Shown piece by piece: positions 51,687 to 61,230 of a stretch of 64,000 nucleotides of DNA. The notes below the pieces were generated by a model. It worked only from the letters and a program-made list of their open reading frames with translations. It had not been told where the DNA came from and searched no databases. Source of the stretch: an uncultured Gemmatimonadota bacterium. Its GTDB lineage: Bacteria > Latescibacterota > UBA2968 > UBA8231. The stretch covers positions 947-64,946 of the forward strand of contig CAITNQ010000314.1 of NCBI GenBank assembly GCA_903893785.1, in the 5' to 3' direction. How positions within the stretch are numbered: position 1 is the stretch's first letter; the number at the start of each line of letters is the position of its first letter. Position numbers and translations under genes: made by a program.

Positions 51687-53987
51687 TCAGGCGCCCGCCG
51701 GGACGATGGCGTACACCCGGCCGGGCTCGGCCGCGAAACGAAGGCGGTGCCCGTCCACCCGGGCGGCGATGATCCGGCCGTTGGCGTCGACCACCTGATA
51801 GCGACCGACGGCCTGGCGCACGACGCACTCGCGAGCTGTACTGGCGCGAATCTCGGCTCGTCGCAGCCGACCGTCACTCCAGGACAGATCCACGGTGAAC
51901 CCCCCCCGCGCCCGCAATCCGCGACACGTGCCGCTGGCCCACGCCGGCGGCAGCGCCGGCAGGAACTCCAGCTCGCTGCGGTAGCTCTGCAGCAGCATCT
52001 CAAGTACCGCGGCCACACCGCCGAAGTTGCCGTCGATCTGGAAAATGCGCGGCGGGTGCAAATCGAGCAGACTGTCAGTGGCAAAGTCAGTGATCAGGTG
52101 CAGCAGGTGTTCCCAGGCCGGTTCGGGCTCGCCCAGACGGGCGAAGAAACACGCCGTCCAGGCCCGACTCCAGCCGGTGTGGCCGCCGGCGTGAGCCAGT
52201 CGGCGGGCCAACGAGACGCGCGCCGCAGCCCACAGCTCTGGAGTACGCTCGGGGTCGAAGAGGTCGCCGGGATAGAGTCCGTAGAGATGGGAGTAGTGCC
52301 GGTGTCCTGGTTCGACTTCGGCGAAGTCCTCGTTCCACTCCTGCAGTTGGCCGTGCTGGCCCACCCGCAGCGGCGGCAGGTGCTGCAGCATCTGCCGCCA
52401 GCGCACCCGACGGTCCAGGTCGACGCCCAAGACTTCGGCGGCCGCCACCGCGTGTTCGAGCAGCTCCTGCGCCAGCTGCACGTCCATGGCGGCTGACACG
52501 CCCAGGGTCACGGGCAGGTCGCCACCCCCCGCAAAGCGATTCTCCGGCGACTGCGAGGGCACCACCTGCAGGAAACCGTCGGCGTCGGCGACCAGATAAC
52601 TCTCGTAGAAGGCAGCCACCTCCTTGAAGAAGGGGTAGGCACGCCGCCGCAGGAAGTCAACATCCTGGCTGTACTCGTAGTGCCACCACAGGTGCTGGGC
52701 TAGCCATGGCGCGGCCCCGATCCACACGGCCCAGCCGAACGCCTCGGGAGTACTGCGACCCCACGGGTCGGTCTGGATGGGGAACCAGATGCCGTCGCAG
52801 CCGTACACGTCGCGCGCGGCCTTGCGCGCGTGGGGAACGAAGCGCTCCAGATGCTGGAACAGCGCCTCGGTGGTGTACTGCAGGTGGCCCGCTTCGGCCG
52901 GCCAGTAATTCATCTGCAGGTTGACATCGTGGTGGTAGTCAGCCTGCCAGGGAGGATCCAGGTCTTCGTTCCACTTCCCCTGCAGGTTTGGCGGCAGGGT
53001 TGCCGTGGCCGTGGAGGCAACCAGCAGGTAACGGCCGTAGTTAAAGTAGAGCACCGGCAGGGCGGGATCGGGATCGCCCCGGCGAACCGCCGCCAGGCGC
53101 TGGTCCGTCGGCCAAGCCGCCAGATCAGGCCCCTCGACGTCCAACTCCAGGCCGCGGTAGAACCGGGCGTACTCAGCCAGGTGCTGGCGCAGCAGCGCCG
53201 CCCAGTCGCCCTCGGGCCAGCCGCGGGCGAAGCACTCCGCGGCGGGCGCTTGGGCCCTGGCCGAGGTGCCCACGTCCACGGCTACCAAGATCTCGCTGAC
53301 GCCCTCGAATTCCAGGCGCGTGTCCGCCGCGCGGAGCCGGCCGCCGCGAACGCGGACCCGGGCTTCGGCGCGGAAGCCGATGCCGCCATCGAACTGGCCG
53401 TCGAGGATCAGGCGATCGGGTTCGGCCACGCGCCGCAGGAAGCAACCCGGGTCAGGCACGCGGTCGAGCCACACCTGGCCCTCGAAGGGTCGGTCAGCGC
53501 AGACCCGGAGCCACAGCAGATCGTGCGCCAGATCGGCCAAGTATTCGCGGGTGAAGCGGCTGCCGTCGGCACGGTAGGTGACGCTCACGAGGCCCCGCTG
53601 CAGGTCGAGTTCGCGGCGGTAGTCCTCGGCCTGGCCGTGGGCGAGCGTCAGCCGCAGGTCGCCGGCGGGTTGATAGGGGTCCACGCGGTTGGGTTGTCCG
53701 CTGGTGCCGCCCGGGCCGCCAAAGGCTTCATTGGCCAATCGGGTCCCGCCGGCGTAATCGCCGGCCAGCAGTAGTCGACGGACCTCGGGCAGAAGGGAGG
53801 CGCTGCAGGCCGGTTCGCGCAGCCGCCCGGGACCACGCCACAGCCACTCGTGGTTGAGCGCCACGCGTTCGGGGGTGGTACCGATGACCATCGCCGCGAG
53901 GCGCCCGGTACCGATCGGCAGCCCGGCCATGTACTCGGCTGCAGGCGTGTTGTACCACAGACGCTGGTCGTGATCAGACTGAGCCAC
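51687..53987 (-). CDS. glycoside hydrolase family 95 (alpha-L-fucosidase-like)
   Basis: 'RLWYNTPA...LPIGTGRLAAMV', 'NLQGKWNEDLDPPWQADYHHDVNLQMNYW' and 'IDGNFGGVAAVLEMLLQS' are GH95 hallmark segments. GTG start with a GGGAG RBS. Confidence 0.85.
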   Translation of the reverse strand: MAQSDHDQRLWYNTPAAEYMAGLPIGTGRLAAMVIGTTPERVALNHEWLWRGPGRLREPACSASLLPEVRRLLLAGDYAGGTRLANEAFGGPGGTSGQPNRVDPYQPAGDLRLTLAHGQAEDYRRELDLQRGLVSVTYRADGSRFTREYLADLAHDLLWLRVCADRPFEGQVWLDRVPDPGCFLRRVAEPDRLILDGQFDGGIGFRAEARVRVRGGRLRAADTRLEFEGVSEILVAVDVGTSARAQAPAAECFARGWPEGDWAALLRQHLAEYARFYRGLELDVEGPDLAAWPTDQRLAAVRRGDPDPALPVLYFNYGRYLLVASTATATLPPNLQGKWNEDLDPPWQADYHHDVNLQMNYWPAEAGHLQYTTEALFQHLERFVPHARKAARDVYGCDGIWFPIQTDPWGRSTPEAFGWAVWIGAAPWLAQHLWWHYEYSQDVDFLRRRAYPFFKEVAAFYESYLVADADGFLQVVPSQSPENRFAGGGDLPVTLGVSAAMDVQLAQELLEHAVAAAEVLGVDLDRRVRWRQMLQHLPPLRVGQHGQLQEWNEDFAEVEPGHRHYSHLYGLYPGDLFDPERTPELWAAARVSLARRLAHAGGHTGWSRAWTACFFARLGEPEPAWEHLLHLITDFATDSLLDLHPPRIFQIDGNFGGVAAVLEMLLQSYRSELEFLPALPPAWASGTCRGLRARGGFTVDLSWSDGRLRRAEIRASTARECVVRQAVGRYQVVDANGRIIAARVDGHRLRFAAEPGRVYAIVPAGA

Positions 53988-54030
53988 TGCGGACTCCCGC
54001 GCTAGGGTGGGGGGGCAAGTGCGCGTAGGG

Positions 54031-54039
54031 AATATAGCA
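54031..54039 (-). promoter_or_regulatory. extended -10 element (TGCTATATT) for the GH95 gene
   Basis: The minus strand reads aaTGCTATATTcc, ~45 nt upstream of the GTG at 53987. Confidence 0.4.
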
Positions 54040-54085
54040 TTCAGGGCCGCCCTTCACCGGGTCTGGCCGCAGCCCGCCGCGACCG

Positions 54086-54114
54086 TTGTAAGGGTCCGCC
54101 CGCAGGTCTATATT
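54086..54114 (+). promoter_or_regulatory. sigma70-like promoter (TTGTAA-N17-TATATT)
   Basis: Exact 17-nt spacing, ~115 nt upstream of the ATG at 54232. Confidence 0.5.
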
Positions 54115-54231
54115 CCAGCCTCTGCCCCGGTTCCGGGCGCTGTACGGGTTGGGCCGATGGACGCAGACGGTCGGCGGCGCTACCGGGAAGTGAAGCACCT
54201 CGTCTTCGGGCGCAGAGAGGCGGCCGTAACG

Positions 54232-55110
54232 ATGCACATTCCTGGCCCCAGGTGGGTCGCGGCGGCGATCGGCGTTGCGGGGTGCCTGCTGCTAGCAGCG
54301 TTGGAGGCACAGGAGGTGCCGCCGGCGGGATCGAGCGCCTGTGACGAGAACGAGCAGCAGTTCGGTTCTCTGCTGTCGGGCGACAGCGACGCGACGCCCG
54401 ATCTGCTGGCCGGCTACTGCGAGTCGGAGTGCCTGTCGCCCGTGACGTCGGGGGTCACGCCACCGGCCAACGCCGATGCCCGCCTGGTGGCCATGGCCAG
54501 GCTGTGCGCCCGGCAGGACGGCGAGTACTGCTTCCCCGAGTTCGCCAGCGCCCTGCAGATCCTGGCCGAGACCGAGCGCGACCCGGTGCCGTCAGACGTG
54601 CTCCAGGCTGCCTGTACCCCCTGCGCGCGGGGCCTGTACCGGGAGCTGCTGGCCATCGGCACGGGCGATCCGCAGGGGCCCTCGCCCCTGGATCTGGCCT
54701 GCGACCGGCAAGGCGGTTTCTGCCTGGTAGGCACGCGGCAGATACTCGACCAGCTTGACGCTCTGGACACCACCTGCGCGCCGGATACGGGTTCGGCCTG
54801 CCAGCAGCAACTGTTCGAGTTCGCGACCGCCTTCAGCGCCCAGGACAGCTGCGTGCTCGGGTCGCTCAGCCCCTTCTGCGGCAGCCGTCTGCTCCCGACC
54901 GGCCGCGCTGCCCTGGCCGTCGCGTGGGCAGGCCTGCAGCAGTCAAGCGAGCGCCTGCGGCCGCAGCGCAACCAGCCGACGGCCAGCCGCGCCGCGCTGA
55001 TGGCTTACCAGCGGGAGGCGGCGTCAATGCAGCAGCAGTTGGGCTATGCCACGCTGCTGTTTCAGCCGACCGAGCTGCTGGACATGGAGTTCTCCGGCGC
55101 CAGTTTCTGA
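54232..55110 (+). CDS. secreted cysteine-rich hypothetical protein
   Basis: Signal peptide 'MHIPGPRWVAAAIGVAGCLLLAALEA', then about 14 Cys spread over 265 aa. I recognised no family. Confidence 0.55.
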   Translation: MHIPGPRWVAAAIGVAGCLLLAALEAQEVPPAGSSACDENEQQFGSLLSGDSDATPDLLAGYCESECLSPVTSGVTPPANADARLVAMARLCARQDGEYCFPEFASALQILAETERDPVPSDVLQAACTPCARGLYRELLAIGTGDPQGPSPLDLACDRQGGFCLVGTRQILDQLDALDTTCAPDTGSACQQQLFEFATAFSAQDSCVLGSLSPFCGSRLLPTGRAALAVAWAGLQQSSERLRPQRNQPTASRAALMAYQREAASMQQQLGYATLLFQPTELLDMEFSGASF

Positions 55111-55144
55111 CGCCGCGCCACGCCCCTTTGCCGAGGATCCTGAC

Positions 55145-56386
55145 TTGCCGGGTTGGCCCGCCCCTAACGCTGCGCTGCGCCACAGCCTGGACCGCTGGCG
55201 TCGGCAGCCCGTCGATCTGCGTCGTTTTGTGACTGCCCTGTGTATCGGTACGGTGGCGGGCTCGCTGGTCGACCCGGCTTTTAACAACTACCTGCGAGAC
55301 ACCTTCTCCCTGGGGGCGGATCAGCGCGGCAAGCTGGAGTTCCCACGCGAGTTGCCCGGGTTCCTGGTCACCTTTACCTCGGGGCTGCTGTTCTTCCTGC
55401 CCGAAGCCCGGACCGCGGCGGTTGCCACAGTAGTAACCGCGCTCGGGGTCGCGGGTCTGGCCTGGGCCGGGTCTAGTTACGCCACCATGGTGGCGTGCAT
55501 GTTCTGCTGGTCGCTGGGCATGCACCTGATGATGCCCATGCGTTCGGCCATCACGCTCTCCTTTGCCCGGCAGGGGCAGCAGGCCACCATCCTGGGCGTG
55601 ACCGGAAGTATCACTACCGTGGCGTCGATCTTGGGCTCCGCCGCCGGCTGGTGGCTCTTCGCCCGATTCGGCGCCAACGCACACAGCTACAACGCAGCCT
55701 TCCTGGCCAGCGCCGTGCTGATGATGGCCAGCGCCGTGCTGCTGCTGCGCCTTTCCACGCCCACGGTGGGCGAAGCGCGGCCGCGGGCCAAGCTGGTGGT
55801 GCGCCGTCGCTATTGGGTCTATTACGTGATGTCGATGCTGAGCGGGGCCCGCAAGCAGGTGTTCATCACCTTTGCTCCTTGGGTTCTGATCACCATCTTC
55901 CACCAGGGGCCCTCGACCTTCGCGGCGCTGGCCATCGTCGCGTCAATCCTGGGGACCGGTGTGCAGCCGCTGTTGGGCCGCCTCATCGACCGTTTCGGCG
56001 AGCGCCGCCTGCTGGTCCTGGAGGGGTTGCTCCTGGTGCTGGTCTGCCTGGGCTATGGCTTCGGGCACCGGCTGGGCGCGACCGAGTTCGTTCTGCCGCT
56101 CATCTGCGTCTGTTTTGTCTTCGACAACCTGCTGTTCTCGTTCGGCATGGCGCGCACGACCTATGTCACGAAAATCGCCGAGCGCCAGGAAGACTTGACC
56201 GCCACTCTGTCGCTGGGCGTAACGCTGGACCACGCAGTGTCGATGTCGATCCCGGTCTTGGGGGGTCTGACCTGGATGGCGTACGGATTCGAGTACGTCT
56301 TCCTGGGGGCAGCCGGGCTGGCGATCCTCAGCGCGGTGGTGGCTCTGCAGGTACGGTTACCCGCCTCGACAGCGGCGACCGGCTGA
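55145..56386 (+). CDS. MFS transporter
   Basis: About 12 TM segments. I prefer the TTG at 55145 (GAGGA RBS 7 nt upstream, clear of the upstream stop) over the ORF-track start at 55046. Start position uncertain. Confidence 0.75.
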   Translation: MPGWPAPNAALRHSLDRWRRQPVDLRRFVTALCIGTVAGSLVDPAFNNYLRDTFSLGADQRGKLEFPRELPGFLVTFTSGLLFFLPEARTAAVATVVTALGVAGLAWAGSSYATMVACMFCWSLGMHLMMPMRSAITLSFARQGQQATILGVTGSITTVASILGSAAGWWLFARFGANAHSYNAAFLASAVLMMASAVLLLRLSTPTVGEARPRAKLVVRRRYWVYYVMSMLSGARKQVFITFAPWVLITIFHQGPSTFAALAIVASILGTGVQPLLGRLIDRFGERRLLVLEGLLLVLVCLGYGFGHRLGATEFVLPLICVCFVFDNLLFSFGMARTTYVTKIAERQEDLTATLSLGVTLDHAVSMSIPVLGGLTWMAYGFEYVFLGAAGLAILSAVVALQVRLPASTAATG

Positions 56387-56396
56387 GCCGGGGCGC

Positions 56397-57644
56397 TCAG
56401 GACCCGGCGCGGGTGAAAACCAGCGCGGCGTTCTGGCCGCCGAAGCCGAAGGAATTGGACATGGCGGCCTCAAGAGCGGCCGGCCGAGCCTGGTTGGGAA
56501 CCACATCTAGGTCACACTGCGGATCGGGCGCGGTATAGTTGATCGTCGGCGGCATGACCCCATACCGCAGCGTCAGAACCGTGGCCGCAGCCTCGATGGC
56601 CCCGGCCGCACCCAAGGTGTGGCCAAGCATTGACTTGATCGAACTGACCGGGACACGTCGGCCATTGAACACGCGATGGATGGCCAGGGCTTCGGTGCGG
56701 TCGTTGGCTTCGGTCGACGTGCCATGGGCATTGATGTACCCGACTTGATCAGGTGCCACCCCAGCGTCTGCCAGGGCCGCTTCCATAGCCGCTGCAGCCC
56801 ACTCCCCGTTGGGCGACGGGGCGGCAATACTGTACGCATCACTGGTCAATCCGGCCCCTGCCAGCGCGGCGAGCACCGGCGCCCGGCGGGCCTGGGCGTG
56901 CTCAAGGGACTCCAGCACGATCACCCCAGCGCCCTCGCCGATGACGAAGCCGTCCCGCCCCGCGTCAAAGGGGCGACTCGCCTCGGACGGGGCGCTGTTG
57001 CGGCGCGACAGCACGCCCATGCAGCCGTAGGCATCGACCACGAGCGGGGTGATGGTAGACTCGGCCCCACCGGCCAGGACAACATCGGCACGGCCCAGTC
57101 GCAGCAGGTCCAGGGCCACGGCCACCGCCGCTGCGCCAGTGGCACAGGCAGCGCAGGGCGCCAGGTTCGGGCCGTGCAGGCCCAGCACCATGGCCGCGTT
57201 GCAGGCCGGCATGTTGGGGATGATCTTGGGTACCGCCAGAGGGTTGACCGAACCCGGGCCGGTGGCCAGGAAGCCGCGGTGCTGCTCTTCCAGCATGGCA
57301 TAGTCGCCGGCAGCCGAACCGATGACGCAACCGATGCGATGTCGATCGACGGTGTTCAGATCGAGGCCGGCATCGCGTACCGCCGTCACCGCAGCCGCGG
57401 TGGCCAATTGCGAGACTCGAGCCATGCGCCGAGCCTGCTTGCGCGGCATGTACGCCTCGGGATCGAAACCGATCACCTCCGAGGCGATCTGACTCAGGTG
57501 CCCGTCAGGCGGGAAAGCCTGGATGCGGCGGATACCGGAGCGACCCTGAACGAGTGAGTCCCAGAAGACGTCTGTGCGGCAACCCACCGAACTCATCACG
57601 CCGATCCCGGTGACCACCACCGGTGGGTTGGCTGCGGGCTTCAC
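56397..57644 (-). CDS. fabF: beta-ketoacyl-ACP synthase II
   Basis: 'VVVTGIGVMSSVG', active-site 'PCAACATGAAAV', 'NAHGTSTEANDRTE' and 'KSMLGHTLGAAG'. Confidence 0.9.
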   Translation of the reverse strand: MKPAANPPVVVTGIGVMSSVGCRTDVFWDSLVQGRSGIRRIQAFPPDGHLSQIASEVIGFDPEAYMPRKQARRMARVSQLATAAAVTAVRDAGLDLNTVDRHRIGCVIGSAAGDYAMLEEQHRGFLATGPGSVNPLAVPKIIPNMPACNAAMVLGLHGPNLAPCAACATGAAAVAVALDLLRLGRADVVLAGGAESTITPLVVDAYGCMGVLSRRNSAPSEASRPFDAGRDGFVIGEGAGVIVLESLEHAQARRAPVLAALAGAGLTSDAYSIAAPSPNGEWAAAAMEAALADAGVAPDQVGYINAHGTSTEANDRTEALAIHRVFNGRRVPVSSIKSMLGHTLGAAGAIEAAATVLTLRYGVMPPTINYTAPDPQCDLDVVPNQARPAALEAAMSNSFGFGGQNAALVFTRAGS

Positions 57645-58726
57645 GCGGGATCCTGCTGGAGGTGGAAAACCGCCTCGTCAACCAACTCGGCGACCAACTC
57701 GGCCACGGGAACGATCTTGTTGATGCGCCACGAATTGGCTCCCGAGAAGACAAAGGCCTCCTCGAGATTGCCCTCGGCGGCGTTGACCAGGACTTTGGCG
57801 ATGCAGTAGGGGACGGTCTTGGGGTTGCAGGTCTTGAGGCACTTGTAGGTGCAGCGGAAGGGCACGGTCTCACCCCGTTTGACGCGCTCGACAAAGTCGT
57901 TGTTGATCACGCGACCGGGCAGGCCAACCGGGCTGCGGATGATGGTAATGTCTTCGGGCCGGGCGTCCAGGTAAGCCTGCTTGAAGCGCGGGCTGACGTC
58001 GCATTCGTCCGTGCAGACGAAGCGCGTCGCCATCTGCACGCCGGCAGCACCGAGGCGAAGCACGCGGGCAATGTCGGCACCGTCGAAGATGCCGCCCGCG
58101 GCCACCACCGGTATCGGGCGTTCGTAACTGCTCGCCGCCTCGATAACCTCCACCAGGATCTGGTCCAAGTCCGGCGCAGTGCCCTCAGCCGCTTCCTCGA
58201 AGCTGAAACCGAGGTGGCCACCCGCTCGCACGCCTTCGACTACGACCGCATCCGGCAGCCGCCCGTAACTGCGCTGCCACTTGCGGGCGATGACGTTGAG
58301 GGCCCGGGCCGAGGAGACGATGGGGATCAGCTTGGTCGGTGTGCCGGCGACGAAACTGGGCAGATCGAGCGGCAGGCCCGCGCCCGAAATGATTAGTTCG
58401 ACACCCTCCGCGGCGGCCACCTTGGCCAGGTTATCGTAGTCGGTGAGCGCCACCATGACGTTGACGCCAATGATGCCTTTGGTCAGCTGGCGCGCCTGGC
58501 GGATTTCGTCCTGCAGTCCCTGCCCGTTGACGGCCACGTAACGGGACCCCGGATGATCCTCGAAGCGGCCCAGACCGACAGTGGCGATAACGCCGGCGCA
58601 TCCCTGGTTGGCAACGGCGGCGGCAAGGCTGGCACGCGAGACGCGCACGCCCATGCCGCCCTGGATGATCGGGGGATTGACTTCGAGGTCGCCGATATGC
58701 AGCGTGGGCAGTTTGCCGACCGCCAT
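57641..58726 (-). CDS. fabK: enoyl-ACP reductase FabK-like / nitronate monooxygenase-family flavoprotein
   Basis: 'PPIIQGGMGVRVS' and 'GVELIISGAGLP'. GAGGAGG RBS before the ATG at 58726. GTGA overlap with fabF. The remainder of the 984-aa ORF (to 60595) is an artefact antisense to the symporter gene. Confidence 0.8.
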   Translation of the reverse strand: MAVGKLPTLHIGDLEVNPPIIQGGMGVRVSRASLAAAVANQGCAGVIATVGLGRFEDHPGSRYVAVNGQGLQDEIRQARQLTKGIIGVNVMVALTDYDNLAKVAAAEGVELIISGAGLPLDLPSFVAGTPTKLIPIVSSARALNVIARKWQRSYGRLPDAVVVEGVRAGGHLGFSFEEAAEGTAPDLDQILVEVIEAASSYERPIPVVAAGGIFDGADIARVLRLGAAGVQMATRFVCTDECDVSPRFKQAYLDARPEDITIIRSPVGLPGRVINNDFVERVKRGETVPFRCTYKCLKTCNPKTVPYCIAKVLVNAAEGNLEEAFVFSGANSWRINKIVPVAELVAELVDEAVFHLQQDPA

Positions 58727-59008
58727 GTTGCCTCCTCTCGAGAACTCCCTGCACGGGGAACCGGGAGCAGCTGGCTGCGGCCAGCGCCCTGCCTCGGTGA
58801 AGACCAGCCCGGGACCCGGGCCAGCAGGCGCCGGAACGGAGAACAAGCAGATGGGATGGGCTCTGGTCAAGTGGCGGCAGCGCCGGATCCAGCGAGGCTG
58901 AGACGGCCGACCCGTCGCCTGGAGCGCGGCAGCCCTTGACGACGCGGCCGCGGGCGATCTGATTGCCGGCACTAGCGCCGTCCCTGACCCCGCCCTGCAG
59001 GAGCCGCC

Positions 59009-60331
59009 ATGAAGCGCGCCCCCATGCCGCTGCACACCCGGATCCTGCTTGGGCTCACGACCGGTGTAGTCAGTGGCTTGAGCGCCAATGCCGTGCTGGG
59101 AGGTGAATCGCCGACGGTCACCTGGGTGGTGACCCAGGTTACGGGTCCGGTGGGAACCCTGTTCCTGCGCTTGATCCTGATGGTGGTGGTGCCGCTGGTG
59201 TTGGCTTCGCTGGTCCTGGGCGTGGCCGGCATCGGCGACGTGCGGCGTCTCGGCCGCATCGGCCTGAAGTCGTTGGCCTACACCCTGGCTATCTCGGCCG
59301 TTTCGGTCGGCATCGGTCTGGGGCTGGCCAATTTGGTGCAACCGGGTCGGCGCGTGCCGGCGGCGACGGCGGCGCGCCTGGCTGAGCGCTTTGGCGGGGA
59401 CGCCGCCCGACGGGTGGCCGAGGCCGCCGCACCGCACCGCCAGACCGAGGCGCCGTTGATGACCGTCGTCAAGACCATTGTCCCGGCCAATCCGGTTTCC
59501 GCCCTGGCCAGCGACCCGCCCAACATGCTGCACCTGATGTTCTTCGCGGTGATCCTGGGGGTCGCCGCAACCCTGGTCCCGGGTGAACCGACCGCGGCCC
59601 TGCTGCGGGGCCTGCAGGGCCTGTACGGCTTGACTGTCCGCATCATCGACATGATCATGCGCCTGGCGCCGTATGCCGTCGCCTGTCTGCTGTTCAACAG
59701 CACCGCGCAATTCGGCCTTGACCTGGTCGGCACCCTGGCCTGGTTCGTGGCCACGGTACTGGCCGGCCTGTGCCTGCACATGTTCGGCGTGTATTCGCTG
59801 TCCGTGGCGCTGCTGTCGAAGATCCCACCGCGGGTGTTCTTTCGGCGCATCCGGCTGGCGATGGTAACGGCGTTCTCCACCTCGTCCTCCAACGCCACCT
59901 TGCCCACGGCACTGCGCGTGTCCGAGGAGAACCTTGGCGTACCGCCGCACATCAACAGCTTCGTCCTCACCGTGGGGGCGACGGCGAACCAGAACGGGAC
60001 CGCCCTGTACGAAGGTGTTACGGTGCTGTTCCTGGCCCAGCTGGCCGGCGTCGACCTGACCCTGGGCCAGCAGGTGATGGTGGTCTACTTCGCCCTGCTC
60101 GGCAGCATCGGCACGGCCGGGGTCCCTTCGGGCTCTATCCCATTCATCGTGGCGATTCTGGCCACCCTGGGCATCGCGCCCGAACTGATCGCCATCATCC
60201 TGGGCGTGGACCGCATTCTGGACATGTGCCGCACCACCCTGAACGTGGCGGGCGATATCACCGCCGCAACGTACGTCGCCCGCAGCGAGGGTTACGAGCT
60301 GCGGACGGATGGTCCCCTGGCCCGCGCCTGA
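59009..60331 (+). CDS. dicarboxylate/amino acid:cation symporter (DAACS, GltP-like)
   Basis: 'TAFSTSSSNATLP', 'GATANQNGTALYEG', 'SIGTAGVPS' and 'DRILDMCRTTLNVAGD'. Confidence 0.9.
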   Translation: MKRAPMPLHTRILLGLTTGVVSGLSANAVLGGESPTVTWVVTQVTGPVGTLFLRLILMVVVPLVLASLVLGVAGIGDVRRLGRIGLKSLAYTLAISAVSVGIGLGLANLVQPGRRVPAATAARLAERFGGDAARRVAEAAAPHRQTEAPLMTVVKTIVPANPVSALASDPPNMLHLMFFAVILGVAATLVPGEPTAALLRGLQGLYGLTVRIIDMIMRLAPYAVACLLFNSTAQFGLDLVGTLAWFVATVLAGLCLHMFGVYSLSVALLSKIPPRVFFRRIRLAMVTAFSTSSSNATLPTALRVSEENLGVPPHINSFVLTVGATANQNGTALYEGVTVLFLAQLAGVDLTLGQQVMVVYFALLGSIGTAGVPSGSIPFIVAILATLGIAPELIAIILGVDRILDMCRTTLNVAGDITAATYVARSEGYELRTDGPLARA

Positions 60332-61227
60332 CCGCCTCGCCGCGCCACGGGGCGTCGGCCCGAGCGCGAGCGCGCCGAGGCCGACCGTGGCGTCGCAGCG
60401 CCGACACGGTGGACCGGCTGACCCTCCCCCGCTGCCGGCCACAACAGTCGACACACCAGCCCGAAGTCGCGGGGCGACACCCGGAACACGGCGGCGGTCC
60501 GCAGGCGCCCGGGCAACTGCGCCTGAACAGCCTGTTGGGTTGCCGGCCCGACCCCGGGAATCACGGCCATGGACAACGCCTGCCCCAGTTCGCACTCGCG
60601 GTGGACAAACAGCGCCTCGAGCATCTGGCGGAAGAAGTCCTCGTCGGGCACGGCGAATCGGGGCCGCGTGCGACGCAGCAGCACCAGCGCCGAGTCTACG
60701 GCTGGAGGCGGTGAGAAGGCTTCAGGCGGCACGGTTTCCAGCAACTGGGTCTCGGCCAGGCGACCGATAGCGATGCCCAGGCGGCAATAGCCGCGCTCGC
60801 CGGGGCCGGCACAGATGCGTTCTGCCAGGCGGTGCTGGTACATGAGCACGGCGCGGTCGAAACGCTGTTGCAGTATCCGGTATGTCAGGGGCAGGGCAGC
60901 GCCATAGGGCAGGTTGGCGACGACCTTGTCAACCACCGGGAATCCGACCTCGAGCGCGTCGCCCCAGACCAGATCAAGGCTCGGATGGCGCTGCTGCAGG
61001 GCAAGCAGCGGGTCGCGGAAACGAAGGTCCTTCTCGATGGCGATGACCCGTCCCCCCGCCTGCAGCAGGGCTTCGGTAAGGATCCCGGGCCCGGGCCCGA
61101 TTTCCAGCACTGCGTCGCCCTGCCGCACCTCAGCGTAAGCGATCTGGCGGGCCAGGAGGCGCCGGTCGCGCAGGAAGTGCTGCCCGAGCGGGGGCCGGGT
61201 CGTCCGCCCACGTGCCCGATGAACCAT
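60292..61227 (-). CDS. rsmA: 16S rRNA (adenine1518/1519-N6)-dimethyltransferase
   Basis: 'LGQHFLRD', the SAM motif 'VLEIGPGPGILT' and 'VANLPY'. It has a ~45-aa Arg-rich C-terminal tail that overlaps the convergent symporter gene by 40 nt. Confidence 0.9.
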   Translation of the reverse strand: MVHRARGRTTRPPLGQHFLRDRRLLARQIAYAEVRQGDAVLEIGPGPGILTEALLQAGGRVIAIEKDLRFRDPLLALQQRHPSLDLVWGDALEVGFPVVDKVVANLPYGAALPLTYRILQQRFDRAVLMYQHRLAERICAGPGERGYCRLGIAIGRLAETQLLETVPPEAFSPPPAVDSALVLLRRTRPRFAVPDEDFFRQMLEALFVHRECELGQALSMAVIPGVGPATQQAVQAQLPGRLRTAAVFRVSPRDFGLVCRLLWPAAGEGQPVHRVGAATPRSASARSRSGRRPVARRGGQARARGPSVRSS

Positions 61228-61230
61228 GGT

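Noticed and set aside
58727-60595. Upstream 620 aa of the 984-aa minus-strand ORF 57641-60595
   Set aside because: Only the last 362 aa (from the ATG at 58726, which has a GAGGAGG RBS) look like a protein (FabK/NMO family). The rest is antisense to the well-supported DAACS symporter gene and is Arg/Gly/His-rich.
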